Source of the DNA: an uncultured virus (IMG/VR IMGVR_UViG_3300046534_001898)
Lineage: Duplodnaviria; Heunggongvirae; Uroviricota; Caudoviricetes
Direction: 5' to 3' (one strand)
DNA length: 64,000 nucleotides
IMG/VR virus record: IMGVR_UViG_3300046534_001898
The notes below the pieces were generated by a model that saw nothing but the letters and a program-made list of their open reading frames with translations, was not told the DNA's origin and searched no databases. The position numbers and the translations under genes were made by a program. Each line of letters begins with the position of its first letter. Within the stretch, counting starts at the first letter, position 1. Positions 10,028 through 20,995 of this stretch are shown here, in pieces.

Positions 10028-11503
10028 TTAAAGCTCAAAAGCAAGAAACTCTTTTACTAAAGATTCTGCGATAAGATTAGAAATTCTTCTTACGACTCTT
10101 TCTTGAAGCATTCCCGCAAGCTCGTCATCTGAGATGTCATCAAACCCTACAGTCTCTGGTTCATTTCCACTTTCTTCATCACCGTATCCTTTTGGCATTT
10201 TACCTGTTGCGAAGTAAGCGTCCATGTCATCCTTAGACCATTTGTCCGCTGACATTTTTTCACCAGTATCAGCCTTATTTGGAGTTGCAGCTTTGTTGAT
10301 GTTAAAGGAAAGTCCTTTCATATCCATACCATCTACATTGATGTGTGGAAGATGTTTTTGGATCGTTGACTTCATTACGGCAGGGAATTTACCAGCCTTC
10401 AAAGCTCCAAGCAATTTAGTTGGATAGTCAAAGTGAGATTTTCCTTGAGTTGAAAGTCTAGCCATGTTATCAGAAGTTAAAGCAGGGTAGTTAGGGTTGT
10501 CAACCATTTCAGCAGTTTTCAATCCATCAACAAATCCAGCTTTGAAAATTTGAGAATCAATTTCTCCTTCGTTTCTATTAAGCTTTAACCATTCAGTTAA
10601 TTCTTTAAAAGCAGAATCTAAATTAGTTCTGATTTCAGTTTCTTCTTCCGAACCGTCAGCTGTTGCAGCTAGTTGGTCGGCAAAAGTTGTACCGTCATCA
10701 CCAATTTGATCATCTAAACTAAGGTCTCCAGAAAGACCACCTCTTTGCTTAAGAGCATGATCGGGATCGCTAGTTCTAGTTTTAGCTTTCATTCTCCTAA
10801 GTGCATCGAAATATCTCTTAGAAGCAAGGATCATATATAAAGAACTAAATGATCCTTGCCTACCTTGACCAATATAGTAGTCAAGTTGCTTTTTGATTGT
10901 TGCTTCGTTAGAAATCATGTTTCTAACCAAAACAACTAAGTCGTTAAATTGCTCCCAGTCAATTTGACCGCTTTTCTTTCTTGGAAGAGTTGGCTTAAGG
11001 CTTCCAAATCTAGAAGAGTTTTTTCCTCCGATCAAAAAAGCTCTAAATACACCTTTTCTGTCAATAACATCGTAAGTCTTTGTAAGTCCTTTAACGATAT
11101 TTGTTTTCATTTGTGGAGTCACAGGGAAACCGTAAGATGTCATTTCTCCGTCAGGAAGAGCATAAATCTCAGCTAGTTTCTCTGTAATGTAATCCAATGT
11201 GTTTGTTTTGGGAGTATCCTGACCCTGTTGCAGTCTGTTCTGAATGATAGAGATTTGCTTATCAGAATCAGCAATTTCCTCTTCCGTAGGATTTGGAGAG
11301 ATAGTTCTGTTGATTGCGTCAATCGATTTTTGAGCTGTTGCTTGATCAACATTCTTTACATCGTCAATATAGCTGTAATCGAGCGCTCCTGCTGCTCCTT
11401 TGGTTAAAATGTTTTTTACAACTTCATCACCTTTCAGTTTCAAAACTGAAGGGATTCTGTCCATGAACGTTTGAACGTCCTCCTGCATTAAGTGGTTATT
11501 CAT
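10028..11503 (-). CDS. Large protein with a possible divergent sigma70-like segment
   Basis: FSSLYMILASKRYFDALRR (region 2-like), SLDDQIGDD (region 3.2-like), GLKTAEM (region 4 HTH-like). Confidence 0.4.
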   Translation of the reverse strand: MNNHLMQEDVQTFMDRIPSVLKLKGDEVVKNILTKGAAGALDYSYIDDVKNVDQATAQKSIDAINRTISPNPTEEEIADSDKQISIIQNRLQQGQDTPKTNTLDYITEKLAEIYALPDGEMTSYGFPVTPQMKTNIVKGLTKTYDVIDRKGVFRAFLIGGKNSSRFGSLKPTLPRKKSGQIDWEQFNDLVVLVRNMISNEATIKKQLDYYIGQGRQGSFSSLYMILASKRYFDALRRMKAKTRTSDPDHALKQRGGLSGDLSLDDQIGDDGTTFADQLAATADGSEEETEIRTNLDSAFKELTEWLKLNRNEGEIDSQIFKAGFVDGLKTAEMVDNPNYPALTSDNMARLSTQGKSHFDYPTKLLGALKAGKFPAVMKSTIQKHLPHINVDGMDMKGLSFNINKAATPNKADTGEKMSADKWSKDDMDAYFATGKMPKGYGDEESGNEPETVGFDDISDDELAGMLQERVVRRISNLIAESLVKEFLAFEL

Positions 11504-11638
11504 AGTGAAATTTGTTTAGATATCCTTTCTATTAAATAGAAAAGAAAAAGAAAAAGTTTTTTCTATTTTCATTTCGGTTTTTAGAAAAAGTTTATTATAT
11601 TTGTACTCAGGAAAAAATAACTAAAATACATTTAAAAA

Positions 11639-12157
11639 ATGGAAGGATTAAATTTACACATGTTGAACGCAACAATCGGATCAGATGTTGAGTACAGAAA
11701 TTTTAATGACTCTGACAGAGCGGTAGCGAGTTTCTCAGTAGCAACTAACAGAACCTATAAGAATAGGGATGGTGAGAAGCAAACAGAGACACAATGGCAC
11801 AGAATTGAGTGTTGGAACAAGTTGGCAAAGTTTGCTAGCGAACACTTGAAGAAAGGGACTAACATCCATATTCAAGGAGAGGTTAGAACTGACAAGAGTG
11901 AAAAAGACGGGGTTACTCGTTACTTCACTAAGACGTTGGCTAACAGAATCACCTTTTTACCGGGTGGAGCTAACTCTCAAAACGCTTCTGCTAGTGAAGC
12001 TAAAGAGCAAGTAGACACCTTGAAGAACGATAGCGCTCCTCAAGGACAGGCACAGGCTCAGCCACAGGCACAGGCTCAGCCACAAAACTCTGGTCAGGCT
12101 GTGACGGCTAACCAGAATGCTTTTAACGGTGATGCAGACGAGGATTTACCATTCTAA
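11639..12157 (+). CDS. ssb: Single-stranded DNA-binding protein
   Basis: FSVATN...ETQWHRI OB fold, Q/A/P linker and a DEDLPF tail. Confidence 0.95.
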   Translation: MEGLNLHMLNATIGSDVEYRNFNDSDRAVASFSVATNRTYKNRDGEKQTETQWHRIECWNKLAKFASEHLKKGTNIHIQGEVRTDKSEKDGVTRYFTKTLANRITFLPGGANSQNASASEAKEQVDTLKNDSAPQGQAQAQPQAQAQPQNSGQAVTANQNAFNGDADEDLPF

Positions 12158-12241
12158 GTCAAAGCCAAAGCAAATTAAAGAAGAGGGGTGCATTAAGCGC
12201 TCCTTTTTTTTTTGCTATTTATAGGAAATAATAATCTATAA

Positions 12242-12688
12242 ATGTTCTCAGATTTAGAAAAAAATAGAAACCGCAAACTGCTTGGACTTAAATTGATCAC
12301 CGAAAACACGGAGATTAATGAGGAAAGGATCACCAATAAGGAAGCTTCTGGCTATATCAATAGTAGGGAGAATTTTGTTGGATCGCACACATATGGAGAA
12401 GACTTGGGTGGAAAGGGGCAGATGTATGTCGCTTACTCTTACGGTGAACAACACCCTCTTTATATGTGGAGTGCAGATGATAATAGATGGTACTACAATA
12501 CTGATGATTACATTACCGAAGAAGGAAAACCCAATGTTTGGACTAGAAAGCACTTAAGAGACTTGAAGCCAAACAATGAAATTCAAGGAATACCTAAGAG
12601 CTTAATGCTTAAGAAGGTGTCGAATTTTAAACAACAAAACAATATTGGGGATAATGTCCATACCGACCTTGAACCGGGCGAGAAATAA
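12242..12688 (+). CDS. Hypothetical protein, putative late gene
   Basis: ORF preceded by CTATTTATAGGAAAT. Confidence 0.6.
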   Translation: MFSDLEKNRNRKLLGLKLITENTEINEERITNKEASGYINSRENFVGSHTYGEDLGGKGQMYVAYSYGEQHPLYMWSADDNRWYYNTDDYITEEGKPNVWTRKHLRDLKPNNEIQGIPKSLMLKKVSNFKQQNNIGDNVHTDLEPGEK

Positions 12689-12751
12689 CCTTGATTTATT
12701 ACTTTATTTTCTCCCAAAATTTTACTATATTAGATAATAAACATTATCAGG

Positions 12752-14476
12752 ATGGCAAGAAAAAACAAAAACAAGAGACCTAGTTTGCTCCTACCAATAT
12801 TGGTTGGGCTATCGTCTTTAGCATTAGCTTCAATAGCTGCATATATTTCTGTTACAGGGCTTAGTAAAATATTTCCAGTAGCAGCTTCAATATTTTTGTT
12901 CGGTGCATTAGAGATTTCTAAACTTGTTACAGCCTCTCTGCTCCACAATCATTGGAAGAGACTTAATAAAGCATTAAAAACTTACTTAACCATTGCAGTC
13001 GTCTTTTTGATTGTAATCACATCCGCTGGTCTTTATAGTTTCCTATCGTCTGCTTACTCAAAAACGGCTACTAAGATTGAGGTTGCTCAAAAAGAAAATT
13101 CATTAGATGACCTTAATAAGAAGAATTTAGAAGATAAGGTGGTTAATTATCAAGATTTAATAAACTCAAAAAATAAACGTATAGATATTTTGGCTGACCA
13201 AAGAAGTCAACAAGAAACACGTTTGGATTCGCTTTATGCAAGAAGAGCTTATAATTCCGCTAAAAGAACTGAAACTTTAATTAAAGATGCTAATAGCGAT
13301 ATTTCTCAATTAACATCTGAAGTTGATTCTCTTAACACTCTAATCACCACTGCTCAATCGGGAGTTTATGATCTAGAGATTGGAAAGATTGACAGAGAAG
13401 TTGAACAAGCAGAAAGTGATGTGCTTACATTTATTTACATTTCAGAACTTACAGGTCTTCCGATTGGTAAGGTAATAAATTGGTTAGTGATTTTGTTGGT
13501 GTTTATCTTTGATCCACTAGCGGTATTATTACTAGTGTCGTTTAATTCATTACTTCAACATAGAAGAGAGTTTGATGAAAATGAAGAAAATATTGAATTT
13601 GAAGAAGAAAATATTGAATTTGAAGAAGAAAATTCGGATATTGGTGTTGTACCTCCTAAAGAAGAGGAAGTAGTTACTAGTGACATTAGGTTTCAAGAAG
13701 AAGTTCCAGAAGAGCCAATTTTTGATGAACCATCTCCATATGAAGGAGAGTTAATATTTGAAAACACCATGAAAACAGAAGAAAAACCTGAAAAGGAGAT
13801 AAAAGAAGATTTTGAAATATATCATGCAGATGAAAGTGGAAAGTTTAATCCGTTAGACTTTCTTTCTCCCGAAGAAAAGGAGAGGGTTCTAAAAGCAATG
13901 CAAGAGAAACAGGAACAGCAAGACAAGGAGAAGGCTGAAAAAGAAGAAGCTGCAAGATTGATTATTCAAGAAGCAGAGGAGAGAAGATTAGCTATTATAG
14001 AAAAAGAACGTCATGAGAAAGCGATGGAGCTTGTAAGAATAGAAGAGGCTAAAGAGAGTGAGAGATTAAAAAAAGAAGAAGAGGCTAAATTTAGAAGAGA
14101 AGAAATTGAAAGAATTCAGAAAGAGAAAGAAGAGATTGATAAGGCAATTCTAGTTGAGGAAGAAAGGAAAGAGAATGAAGAGATGCAAATTCTATCTAAC
14201 CTAGAAGAGAACAGAGGTCTTTTTCTCCATATGATTGATGTTTTATACGATAATGGTAACCGAACCAAAGGAAGTTCTTTTGAGCCTTACAGCATGCTTA
14301 AAACAAGTATGAAGAATGCTGGGGTTGAAATTATAGATAGGGAGTATGATGATTTTTTAACCGTCTGCGCTTTACTTCGAATCATTCAAGTGCAAACTTC
14401 TGGAGATGATCAGAATAGGAAGCTACTAAAAGACTATAAACGAGCTAAGGTGATACTGTCTGCTTTAGGGAGTTAA
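12752..14476 (+). CDS. Membrane protein with coiled-coil and acidic regions
   Basis: Three N-terminal hydrophobic segments, a coiled coil, a VFIFDPLAV transmembrane segment and an E/K-rich tail. Confidence 0.7.
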   Translation: MARKNKNKRPSLLLPILVGLSSLALASIAAYISVTGLSKIFPVAASIFLFGALEISKLVTASLLHNHWKRLNKALKTYLTIAVVFLIVITSAGLYSFLSSAYSKTATKIEVAQKENSLDDLNKKNLEDKVVNYQDLINSKNKRIDILADQRSQQETRLDSLYARRAYNSAKRTETLIKDANSDISQLTSEVDSLNTLITTAQSGVYDLEIGKIDREVEQAESDVLTFIYISELTGLPIGKVINWLVILLVFIFDPLAVLLLVSFNSLLQHRREFDENEENIEFEEENIEFEEENSDIGVVPPKEEEVVTSDIRFQEEVPEEPIFDEPSPYEGELIFENTMKTEEKPEKEIKEDFEIYHADESGKFNPLDFLSPEEKERVLKAMQEKQEQQDKEKAEKEEAARLIIQEAEERRLAIIEKERHEKAMELVRIEEAKESERLKKEEEAKFRREEIERIQKEKEEIDKAILVEEERKENEEMQILSNLEENRGLFLHMIDVLYDNGNRTKGSSFEPYSMLKTSMKNAGVEIIDREYDDFLTVCALLRIIQVQTSGDDQNRKLLKDYKRAKVILSALGS

Positions 14477-15141
14477 AATTAGAGATTAATAGAAAAAGGC
14501 AGCGGTGAGCTGCCTTTTTTGGTTATTTACTATTACTATGAAACAATTACGACAGTTAATAAAGGATATCATTCAAGACCATTACGCAAGAGGTAATGGT
14601 GCTGCTGTGTATCCTGCATCTGGCGGAAAATTCCCTTATGAAGTAGAAGGTGGATTTGTCCCGACTCCAGAAGAAATTGAGCCAATCAAGAACTATGTAA
14701 AAGATTTTCAGGCTTTTTCAGATAATGACGAAGTATTTGAGTTCCCAAAAGAAGACTTTTATTTAGGTTTAAGGATAGAGAGAGATAAATTACCGAACGA
14801 CCCAATTTTGGTAGTGGCGGAAAAAGTTATCGATCACTTAAAAGCAGACCCTCAGTTTTATAGCAAGTTAAAATAAGTCTTATGAATATTATTACGGAAA
14901 CAGTCACTAAGGTTGTTCTCGAAACAACTCAGAAAGAAATCCAAGAAATGGGGTTTGATGAATTGTGGGAAGAAGTGAGAGAGCAATTTCCTAGAAATCA
15001 ATACAGAGTATTCAGTATTGATAGAAAACCAAGTGATGACGAGCTTATCTATATTGAGCTGACACCCTTTGATTTAGAAGAATAATTTTCTATTTTTTTG
15101 TTTTTGTCGCAGTTTATTCGTACTTTTGGTTATCAAAATTA

Positions 15142-17268
15142 ATGTATATAAACAACGAAGAAATGGAAGAGAGATTTGATTTGCCTAAAAATGCTGGGTT
15201 CGAAGACGATGGCGGAATTTATCCTGAAGATGAAGGAACAGGCGGAACAGAAGGTGGAAGTGGTCGTAGTCGGAAGAAAGGTGGGAAATCCAAAACTCCC
15301 GCACTAGACAGTTTTAGTCGAGATTTGACTGAATTTGCTAGGCTTGATAAACTTGATCCTGTTATAGGTAGAGATGTTGAGTTGGATATGATTATCCAAA
15401 TCCTGAATAAGAGGAAGAAGAATAATCCAATTATCATCGGAGAGCCGGGTATCGGTAAAACTGCCATTGCAGAAGCTCTTGCTATTAGAATTTCAAAAAA
15501 AGACACCGACCCTTGGTTGCATGATAAAAGAATTGTAGAACTCAATATTACTGATATCGTTTCAGGCACAAAATATAGAGGTCAGTTCGAAGAGAGAATG
15601 AAAGCCATCATTGAAGAATTGAAAAAGAATCCTGATATCATTGTATTCATTGATGAGATTCACATGGTTCTTGGTGCTGGTTCAGCTTCAGGCTCTATGG
15701 ATGCGGCAAACATTTTGAAGCCAATTCTGGCTAGAGGTGAAATGACTGTTATTGGTGCGACAACTTTAAACGACTACAAAAAATCAATTGAGAATGATAC
15801 GGCTTTAGCTAGAAGATTTCAGAAAGTTGTTTTACAAGCTCCGACAGAAGAGGAAACTTTTCAAATCCTTAAGCAAATCAGATACAAATATGAAGATCAC
15901 CACAGAGTAACCTATTCTGATGAGGTGATCGAAGAAATTATCAACTTAACAGATCGTTATATCAACTACAGAAATTTTCCCGACAAAGGAATTGATGTAA
16001 TGGATGAAGCGGGTTCTGTAGCCAAGCTTGCGATTGAACTTCCAGATCATATCATTGATATGCAAGATAAGTTGAGAGCAGCAATTGGTAAGAAGGAGAA
16101 GGCATCTGATGCCCAAAACTACGAAGAGGCTGCTGTGTTCAGGGATGAGCAGAAAGAGATTGAGGCAGCACTTAAACTTTCTACTGAAAAGTGGGAAGAA
16201 GAGTTTAACCAACATAGAAAACCAGTTACGGTTGCCGATGTTGCTCAAGTGATATCTTCTCATACAGGAATTCCTTTAAATAAACTCACTGACTCTGAAA
16301 CAGATAGAATGTCTAAGATTACAGAAGTTCTTTCGGAACAGGTTGTTGGTCAAGCCGCAGCTGTAGAGAAAGTAGCTCTAGCAATTCAGAGATCAAGGTT
16401 GGGGATTCAAAACCCTAATAAACCAGCATCATTTTTGTTTTTAGGGCCGACTGGTGTAGGTAAAACTCACTTGGCAAAAACGCTTTCGAAGTATTTGTTT
16501 GATCGTGATGATGCTTACATTAGATTTGACATGTCGGAGTACATGGAGAAATTTTCTGCTACGAGATTGATTGGAGCGCCTCCCGGGTTTATTGGATATG
16601 ATGAAAAAGGTGAATTGACTGAAAAAGTTAAAAACCAACCATACTCAATCCTTTTGTTTGATGAGATTGAGAAAGCTCATAAAGATGTGTTCAACCTATT
16701 CCTCTCCATTTTGGATGATGGACATATAACTGATTCTTCAGGAAGTAAAGTTAACTTCAAAAACTGCATTATCATTATGACCTCAAACATCGGAACTGCT
16801 AAGATAGCATCGGGTGGAGCAGGTGGTCTTGGTTTCTCAACAGAGACTGAAAAATCTAAAGTGAAGAATGTGGAGTCACTTGTTTTTAAGGAACTTGAAA
16901 AAGAATTTACTCCAGAGTTTATAAACAGAATTGATGAAAAGATTGTGTTTAATGTTTTGGATGAAGACAATGCTTTGGATATTGTGAATATAGAAATTGA
17001 CTCTATGATTAATAGATTGTTGAAAGATCAAAAGATCAACATAACAATTGACAAGTCAGTTAGATTGTTAGTTGCAGAGAAAGGTTTTGATGAAAAGTAC
17101 GGAGCCAGACCTCTTAAGAGAGCAATTACTCAGTATATTGAGAATGAAATATCAAATGCTTTAATTAGCGGAGGTGTCTCTCGTACTGAGAAAATCAAAG
17201 TTTCTTATGATAAGAAGAAAGAAAAAATAAACGTCAGTGGTACAGATACGAAGACAAGGAAAGATTAA
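15142..17268 (+). CDS. ClpC-like Hsp100 AAA+ ATPase lacking the N-terminal Clp repeat domain
   Basis: LDPVIGR, GEPGIGKT, FIDEIH, UVR-like YEEAAVFRD, GPTGVGKT, DMSEYME, GARPL. Confidence 0.95.
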   Translation: MYINNEEMEERFDLPKNAGFEDDGGIYPEDEGTGGTEGGSGRSRKKGGKSKTPALDSFSRDLTEFARLDKLDPVIGRDVELDMIIQILNKRKKNNPIIIGEPGIGKTAIAEALAIRISKKDTDPWLHDKRIVELNITDIVSGTKYRGQFEERMKAIIEELKKNPDIIVFIDEIHMVLGAGSASGSMDAANILKPILARGEMTVIGATTLNDYKKSIENDTALARRFQKVVLQAPTEEETFQILKQIRYKYEDHHRVTYSDEVIEEIINLTDRYINYRNFPDKGIDVMDEAGSVAKLAIELPDHIIDMQDKLRAAIGKKEKASDAQNYEEAAVFRDEQKEIEAALKLSTEKWEEEFNQHRKPVTVADVAQVISSHTGIPLNKLTDSETDRMSKITEVLSEQVVGQAAAVEKVALAIQRSRLGIQNPNKPASFLFLGPTGVGKTHLAKTLSKYLFDRDDAYIRFDMSEYMEKFSATRLIGAPPGFIGYDEKGELTEKVKNQPYSILLFDEIEKAHKDVFNLFLSILDDGHITDSSGSKVNFKNCIIIMTSNIGTAKIASGGAGGLGFSTETEKSKVKNVESLVFKELEKEFTPEFINRIDEKIVFNVLDEDNALDIVNIEIDSMINRLLKDQKINITIDKSVRLLVAEKGFDEKYGARPLKRAITQYIENEISNALISGGVSRTEKIKVSYDKKKEKINVSGTDTKTRKD

Positions 17269-18075
17269 TTTTGAAGGCAGAGAGCTTGAAATTCCTCACC
17301 ATCAGTTGGGGGATTTCTTGCTCACCTCTGTTTCGGAACAAATCGAATTAGAAAAAGGCGTTACTCTTAGTGAGTTAATGAATACTTTTTTTCATTTGAA
17401 GGGTTTCATACGAGATTACTTCATAGAAGAATATGATGCTTTAAATGCAATTATATCATCTGGGACAGTAATTGACCCAATATCAGAAGTGATTGTGTAT
17501 AAAGAAATGGTTGTGTCTTCCGAAGGAGACTTAATGATCGTTCCTAAAATTAGAACAACTAAATCAACTAGTTTATCTGAAGGATATCAGAATGTAACTA
17601 TTCGTATTGACAATAAAGTTGTTGTGCATGATGAGAGCGGTTTTACTAATAAGGGTAAGAATGTTGTCTCTCACATAACTCTTCTAGAGCTTTTAGGGGC
17701 TGTTTTCGAGGACTTTCAGGATTATATAACACGAAGTGCGGGAACTCACTGATGCTTGCTTAATTTGGCTAAGAATGCTTTTTTAACAGCTTCATCTACA
17801 GCTTCATCTACAAAATCTTCTTTTGAATCTTTTTTCCACTCTTCTCCTTCCCCTAAAGGCTCGTCTTTTGCATAGTAATAATCCATAACTAATCCGATTA
17901 GATATGAGAAGTCAGCCATATCGTTTGATATATAGCCACGAGCTTGTTGATTTTGACCCTCTCCTTGATTATTGTTGATGTTTGGTTGTTGATTCTCAGA
18001 CATAGCTTTCTTTTTAAATAAATAGTCTTTTTTATCGGGTATTGATAATATAGTTTCTAATTCCTATATTATCAA

Positions 18076-18396
18076 ATGGAATGTATATATTTGATTGGGT
18101 CTCATGAAACTTCCTTATACAAAATAGGTGTAACAGAAGAGAAGGAAATCAACACAAGGCTTCGTAACATTCAAGTTGGGTGTCCGTATAAGATAGAGGT
18201 TATTGATCATTTTCCTACGCTTTATGCTTACAAAGTGGAAAAAATAGTTCACAGAAGTTTGTCTTGTGAGAAAACTGACGGCAATGGTGTACCTCTTCAT
18301 GGAGAGTGGTTTTACTTGGGTTTAGAAAATGTTTATAAGTTTCAAGAAAAATGCACTCTAAGTGAATCTAACTACAAACTTATTCAAGACCTGTGA
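18076..18396 (+). CDS. GIY-YIG-like protein (T5orf172/MUG113 type)
   Basis: IYLI...YKIG...RL..IQ.GCP...E..H...GEWF. Confidence 0.85.
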   Translation: MECIYLIGSHETSLYKIGVTEEKEINTRLRNIQVGCPYKIEVIDHFPTLYAYKVEKIVHRSLSCEKTDGNGVPLHGEWFYLGLENVYKFQEKCTLSESNYKLIQDL

Positions 18397-19219
18397 CGCT
18401 TATTAAAGTATACTTCTCATCTCGAAAAATCTTGTGACTTGATATTTTACCAGAAAATGTAATTTCTTCTCCAACCTGAATATCTTTTCCCCAAAACTCT
18501 TTTGTAACTCCAATAATATTATTGACTTTAACTTTACCCGCCAACATATGCTGCTTGTATCTTTGGTCAAAAGCTTTCCTCTCAATTGTCATAACAATTC
18601 TAACCTTATCTCCAATTTTACCCATGTGTTCTGAGAACCCTACTGATCTTCTAGGGGTTGTTTTTAGAATATGTTTAGCGGTATAGTATAATCTATATTT
18701 GTCGTTTAGAAAGAACGTGTCGGGAGACTGAATTAGAGCTTGTTTTGCATCCGGTGTAGATTTAACAAAATATTTTTTTATCCAGTTCTCAAGGTAATCG
18801 TGTGGAATTTTACTAGCAAGCTCCCCTTGGAATTCCCCAAAGTGCATTTCTAGTTTGTCATTAACTTTATCAAGATTGTTTAAAACAGCATCAGCCGCAG
18901 CTTCTGTTTCTTTAGAAAGAGTTCTATTTCTTTTGTCGATAAAGACATTGAAAAATAAAGCTAGCTCCTCTTTTGTGAAGTTAGCGTAGTTGGAAGTTGT
19001 AATATTTGGAACATCTTTTCTTTTGATTAATTCCTGCTTAATCAAAGCCACCCTTTTTTGGTGAACAAATTCATGACCATGCTTTCCCAGCCAAGGAATT
19101 AAGATGTTACTTGGAACTTCAGAAACAGCAAGACCAGCATACTCTTTAAAATGAGGGAATGCTTCTGGGCTAATAGCAGCAATTGCCGCTTCTTGAATTA
19201 TTTTTCTGATTCTTTCCAT
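18380..19219 (-). CDS. Hypothetical protein with a possible C-terminal OB-like fold
   Basis: 279-aa ORF coupled to the PAS genes. Confidence 0.5.
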   Translation of the reverse strand: MERIRKIIQEAAIAAISPEAFPHFKEYAGLAVSEVPSNILIPWLGKHGHEFVHQKRVALIKQELIKRKDVPNITTSNYANFTKEELALFFNVFIDKRNRTLSKETEAAADAVLNNLDKVNDKLEMHFGEFQGELASKIPHDYLENWIKKYFVKSTPDAKQALIQSPDTFFLNDKYRLYYTAKHILKTTPRRSVGFSEHMGKIGDKVRIVMTIERKAFDQRYKQHMLAGKVKVNNIIGVTKEFWGKDIQVGEEITFSGKISSHKIFRDEKYTLISVTGLE

Positions 19220-19677
19220 TTGAATGGTTTATAATCTTCGTTGTAAACATTTATTCCTTGATGTCCGATAGGGATTTCAAAGGCAGTAAACAACCAAAGT
19301 TTAAGTTCTTTTGAATAAATAGACTCAAACCATTGAATCATTGCATATTCACCATTTCTTTTTCGATATCTATTGGCGAACATTTTAATTGCTGGCTTTC
19401 CTTTTACTGAAAAGAATTTGTATGCATCCATAGATTCAGCAATATCATCTGGATGCAAGAAGACAGAAAAGGGAACAGCTTTAAATTCTTCTTCCGAAAA
19501 ACCTAAACACGCACTCCACGATTTACTCATGTATTTGAATTTACCAGAATAATCTAGTGCAGCATATAACATTTGATCATTATCAAATATTTTATTTCTA
19601 ATCTCTTGTTTTTCAAAGATATCATCTACGAGTTTATCAAACTCTGGAATGCTTTCTATTTTATTTTTTTCCTCCAT
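19198..19677 (-). CDS. Stand-alone PAS-domain protein
   Basis: LDYSGKF..MS..W...LGFSEEE......FLHPDD...NRYRKRNGEY..IQW. Confidence 0.88.
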   Translation of the reverse strand: MEEKNKIESIPEFDKLVDDIFEKQEIRNKIFDNDQMLYAALDYSGKFKYMSKSWSACLGFSEEEFKAVPFSVFLHPDDIAESMDAYKFFSVKGKPAIKMFANRYRKRNGEYAMIQWFESIYSKELKLWLFTAFEIPIGHQGINVYNEDYKPFKWKESEK

Positions 19678-20134
19678 TTAAAAAGTTTTGATAATTATCT
19701 GTTAACACTGAAACTCCTTTACTCTCAAGAGGTATTTGGTAAGCATATATCAACCAAAATCCCTCTTCTTCTAAAAAAATAGGCTGTAAACACTGAACTT
19801 GAATTAATGTCCCATCTATCTTTTTGTATTTTGTTGGATGCATGAAGAAAGCAGGTTCGTTATGTTGAACCATGAATTTGTATATAGGTAGATTCTCGCC
19901 ATCATCTCTAGGGTCGGACATCTCAATTAAACTCATCCCTGCCATTTCTTCGGGAGTATATCCCAGAGATGCTGCCATTGATTTACTAACTTTAACCATA
20001 TCCATATTATTGTCTATAAACCCAAACATTAATTGGTCATGATTAAAAAAAGCATGCCTTAGATTTCTATCTTCTAAGACTTGATCTATTCCTGATGCTT
20101 TTTTATTTGAATTTATTTTTAAATCACTCCTCAT
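19661..20134 (-). CDS. Stand-alone PAS-domain protein (paralogue of the adjacent gene)
   Basis: VSKS....LGYTPEEMAG......DPRD...YKKIDGT. Confidence 0.85.
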   Translation of the reverse strand: MRSDLKINSNKKASGIDQVLEDRNLRHAFFNHDQLMFGFIDNNMDMVKVSKSMAASLGYTPEEMAGMSLIEMSDPRDDGENLPIYKFMVQHNEPAFFMHPTKYKKIDGTLIQVQCLQPIFLEEEGFWLIYAYQIPLESKGVSVLTDNYQNFLNGGKK

Positions 20135-20175
20135 TTTTTGTATTAAATTATGGCTCTCCTTATAAATAGGAAAGA

Positions 20176-20667
20176 TTAATTGACCTCCTCTTCGTCAGCC
20201 CCAAATGACCCTCCACTTTGTTTATCTGAATCATTGTAGCCATCGTAATCATTGTTATAGTCATCATTATCTACATCACTTGATGGAGAAGCTCCTCCGT
20301 ATGAATCCGTACCAAAGTCTGAATAAGGATTGCTTATATGACCTCCGTAAGGGTTGTTGTGATGACCACCACCCTCTCTTTCGTGATTGTAGTTGTTGGA
20401 TATTCCTGTATCTCTATCACGGAATGCACCAATACCCTTACCACCTAAAACATATAAGGAGAATGACCCTAATGCCCACTTTAAGTTGGAACTCACCAAC
20501 TCTAAAGACTCTTTGTCTTCAAGAGGAATTCCTTTAAAGGCACATACAGCTAAGAGAACATTTAGGGCAATAAAAGCCACAAAGGAAATAAAGAGATACA
20601 TTCTACCTTGAGAAAATCTCCTACCTCCCTGAGTTGGTTCTTTTAATATGTCGCCAAAAAAGCTCAT
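20176..20667 (-). CDS. Two-TM membrane protein with an acidic tail, possibly holin-like
   Basis: FSQGR followed by two hydrophobic helices. Confidence 0.45.
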   Translation of the reverse strand: MSFFGDILKEPTQGGRRFSQGRMYLFISFVAFIALNVLLAVCAFKGIPLEDKESLELVSSNLKWALGSFSLYVLGGKGIGAFRDRDTGISNNYNHEREGGGHHNNPYGGHISNPYSDFGTDSYGGASPSSDVDNDDYNNDYDGYNDSDKQSGGSFGADEEEVN

Positions 20668-20912
20668 CTAACTCTTCCGTTTTTTAAATCATTGTATTTT
20701 TGGTATAGTCCTTTATAGCCTATAACTCCTAGCATAGTTAAGCCTAATAGTCCTGAAAACCAATATCCCCAATCTGGGTATCCAAACCCTACAGGGTCTA
20801 AAGCTCCCCAAATTACAACCGCTAGAGTTGCAATGAATAACCATAAGTATGGATTTGATATAGCCACTATTTGAAACCAGCTCTTACCTTCTGTTAAATC
20901 TCTTTTCTTCAT
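20664..20912 (-). CDS. Small two-TM membrane protein
   Basis: Two hydrophobic segments and a basic C-terminus. Confidence 0.55.
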   Translation of the reverse strand: MKKRDLTEGKSWFQIVAISNPYLWLFIATLAVVIWGALDPVGFGYPDWGYWFSGLLGLTMLGVIGYKGLYQKYNDLKNGRVR

Positions 20913-20995
20913 AACGTAGTATTTTACTGTAAATAGTTTCTGGAATTTAAAACCCGATTCTTTACTTTGCGCAATTAATTACGTATCTTTGTGGT

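Noticed and set aside
13582..13633. 21-nt tandem repeat (EEENIEF) and the QAQP repeat in SSB
   Set aside because: In-frame low-complexity linker expansions without spacers, so not CRISPR.
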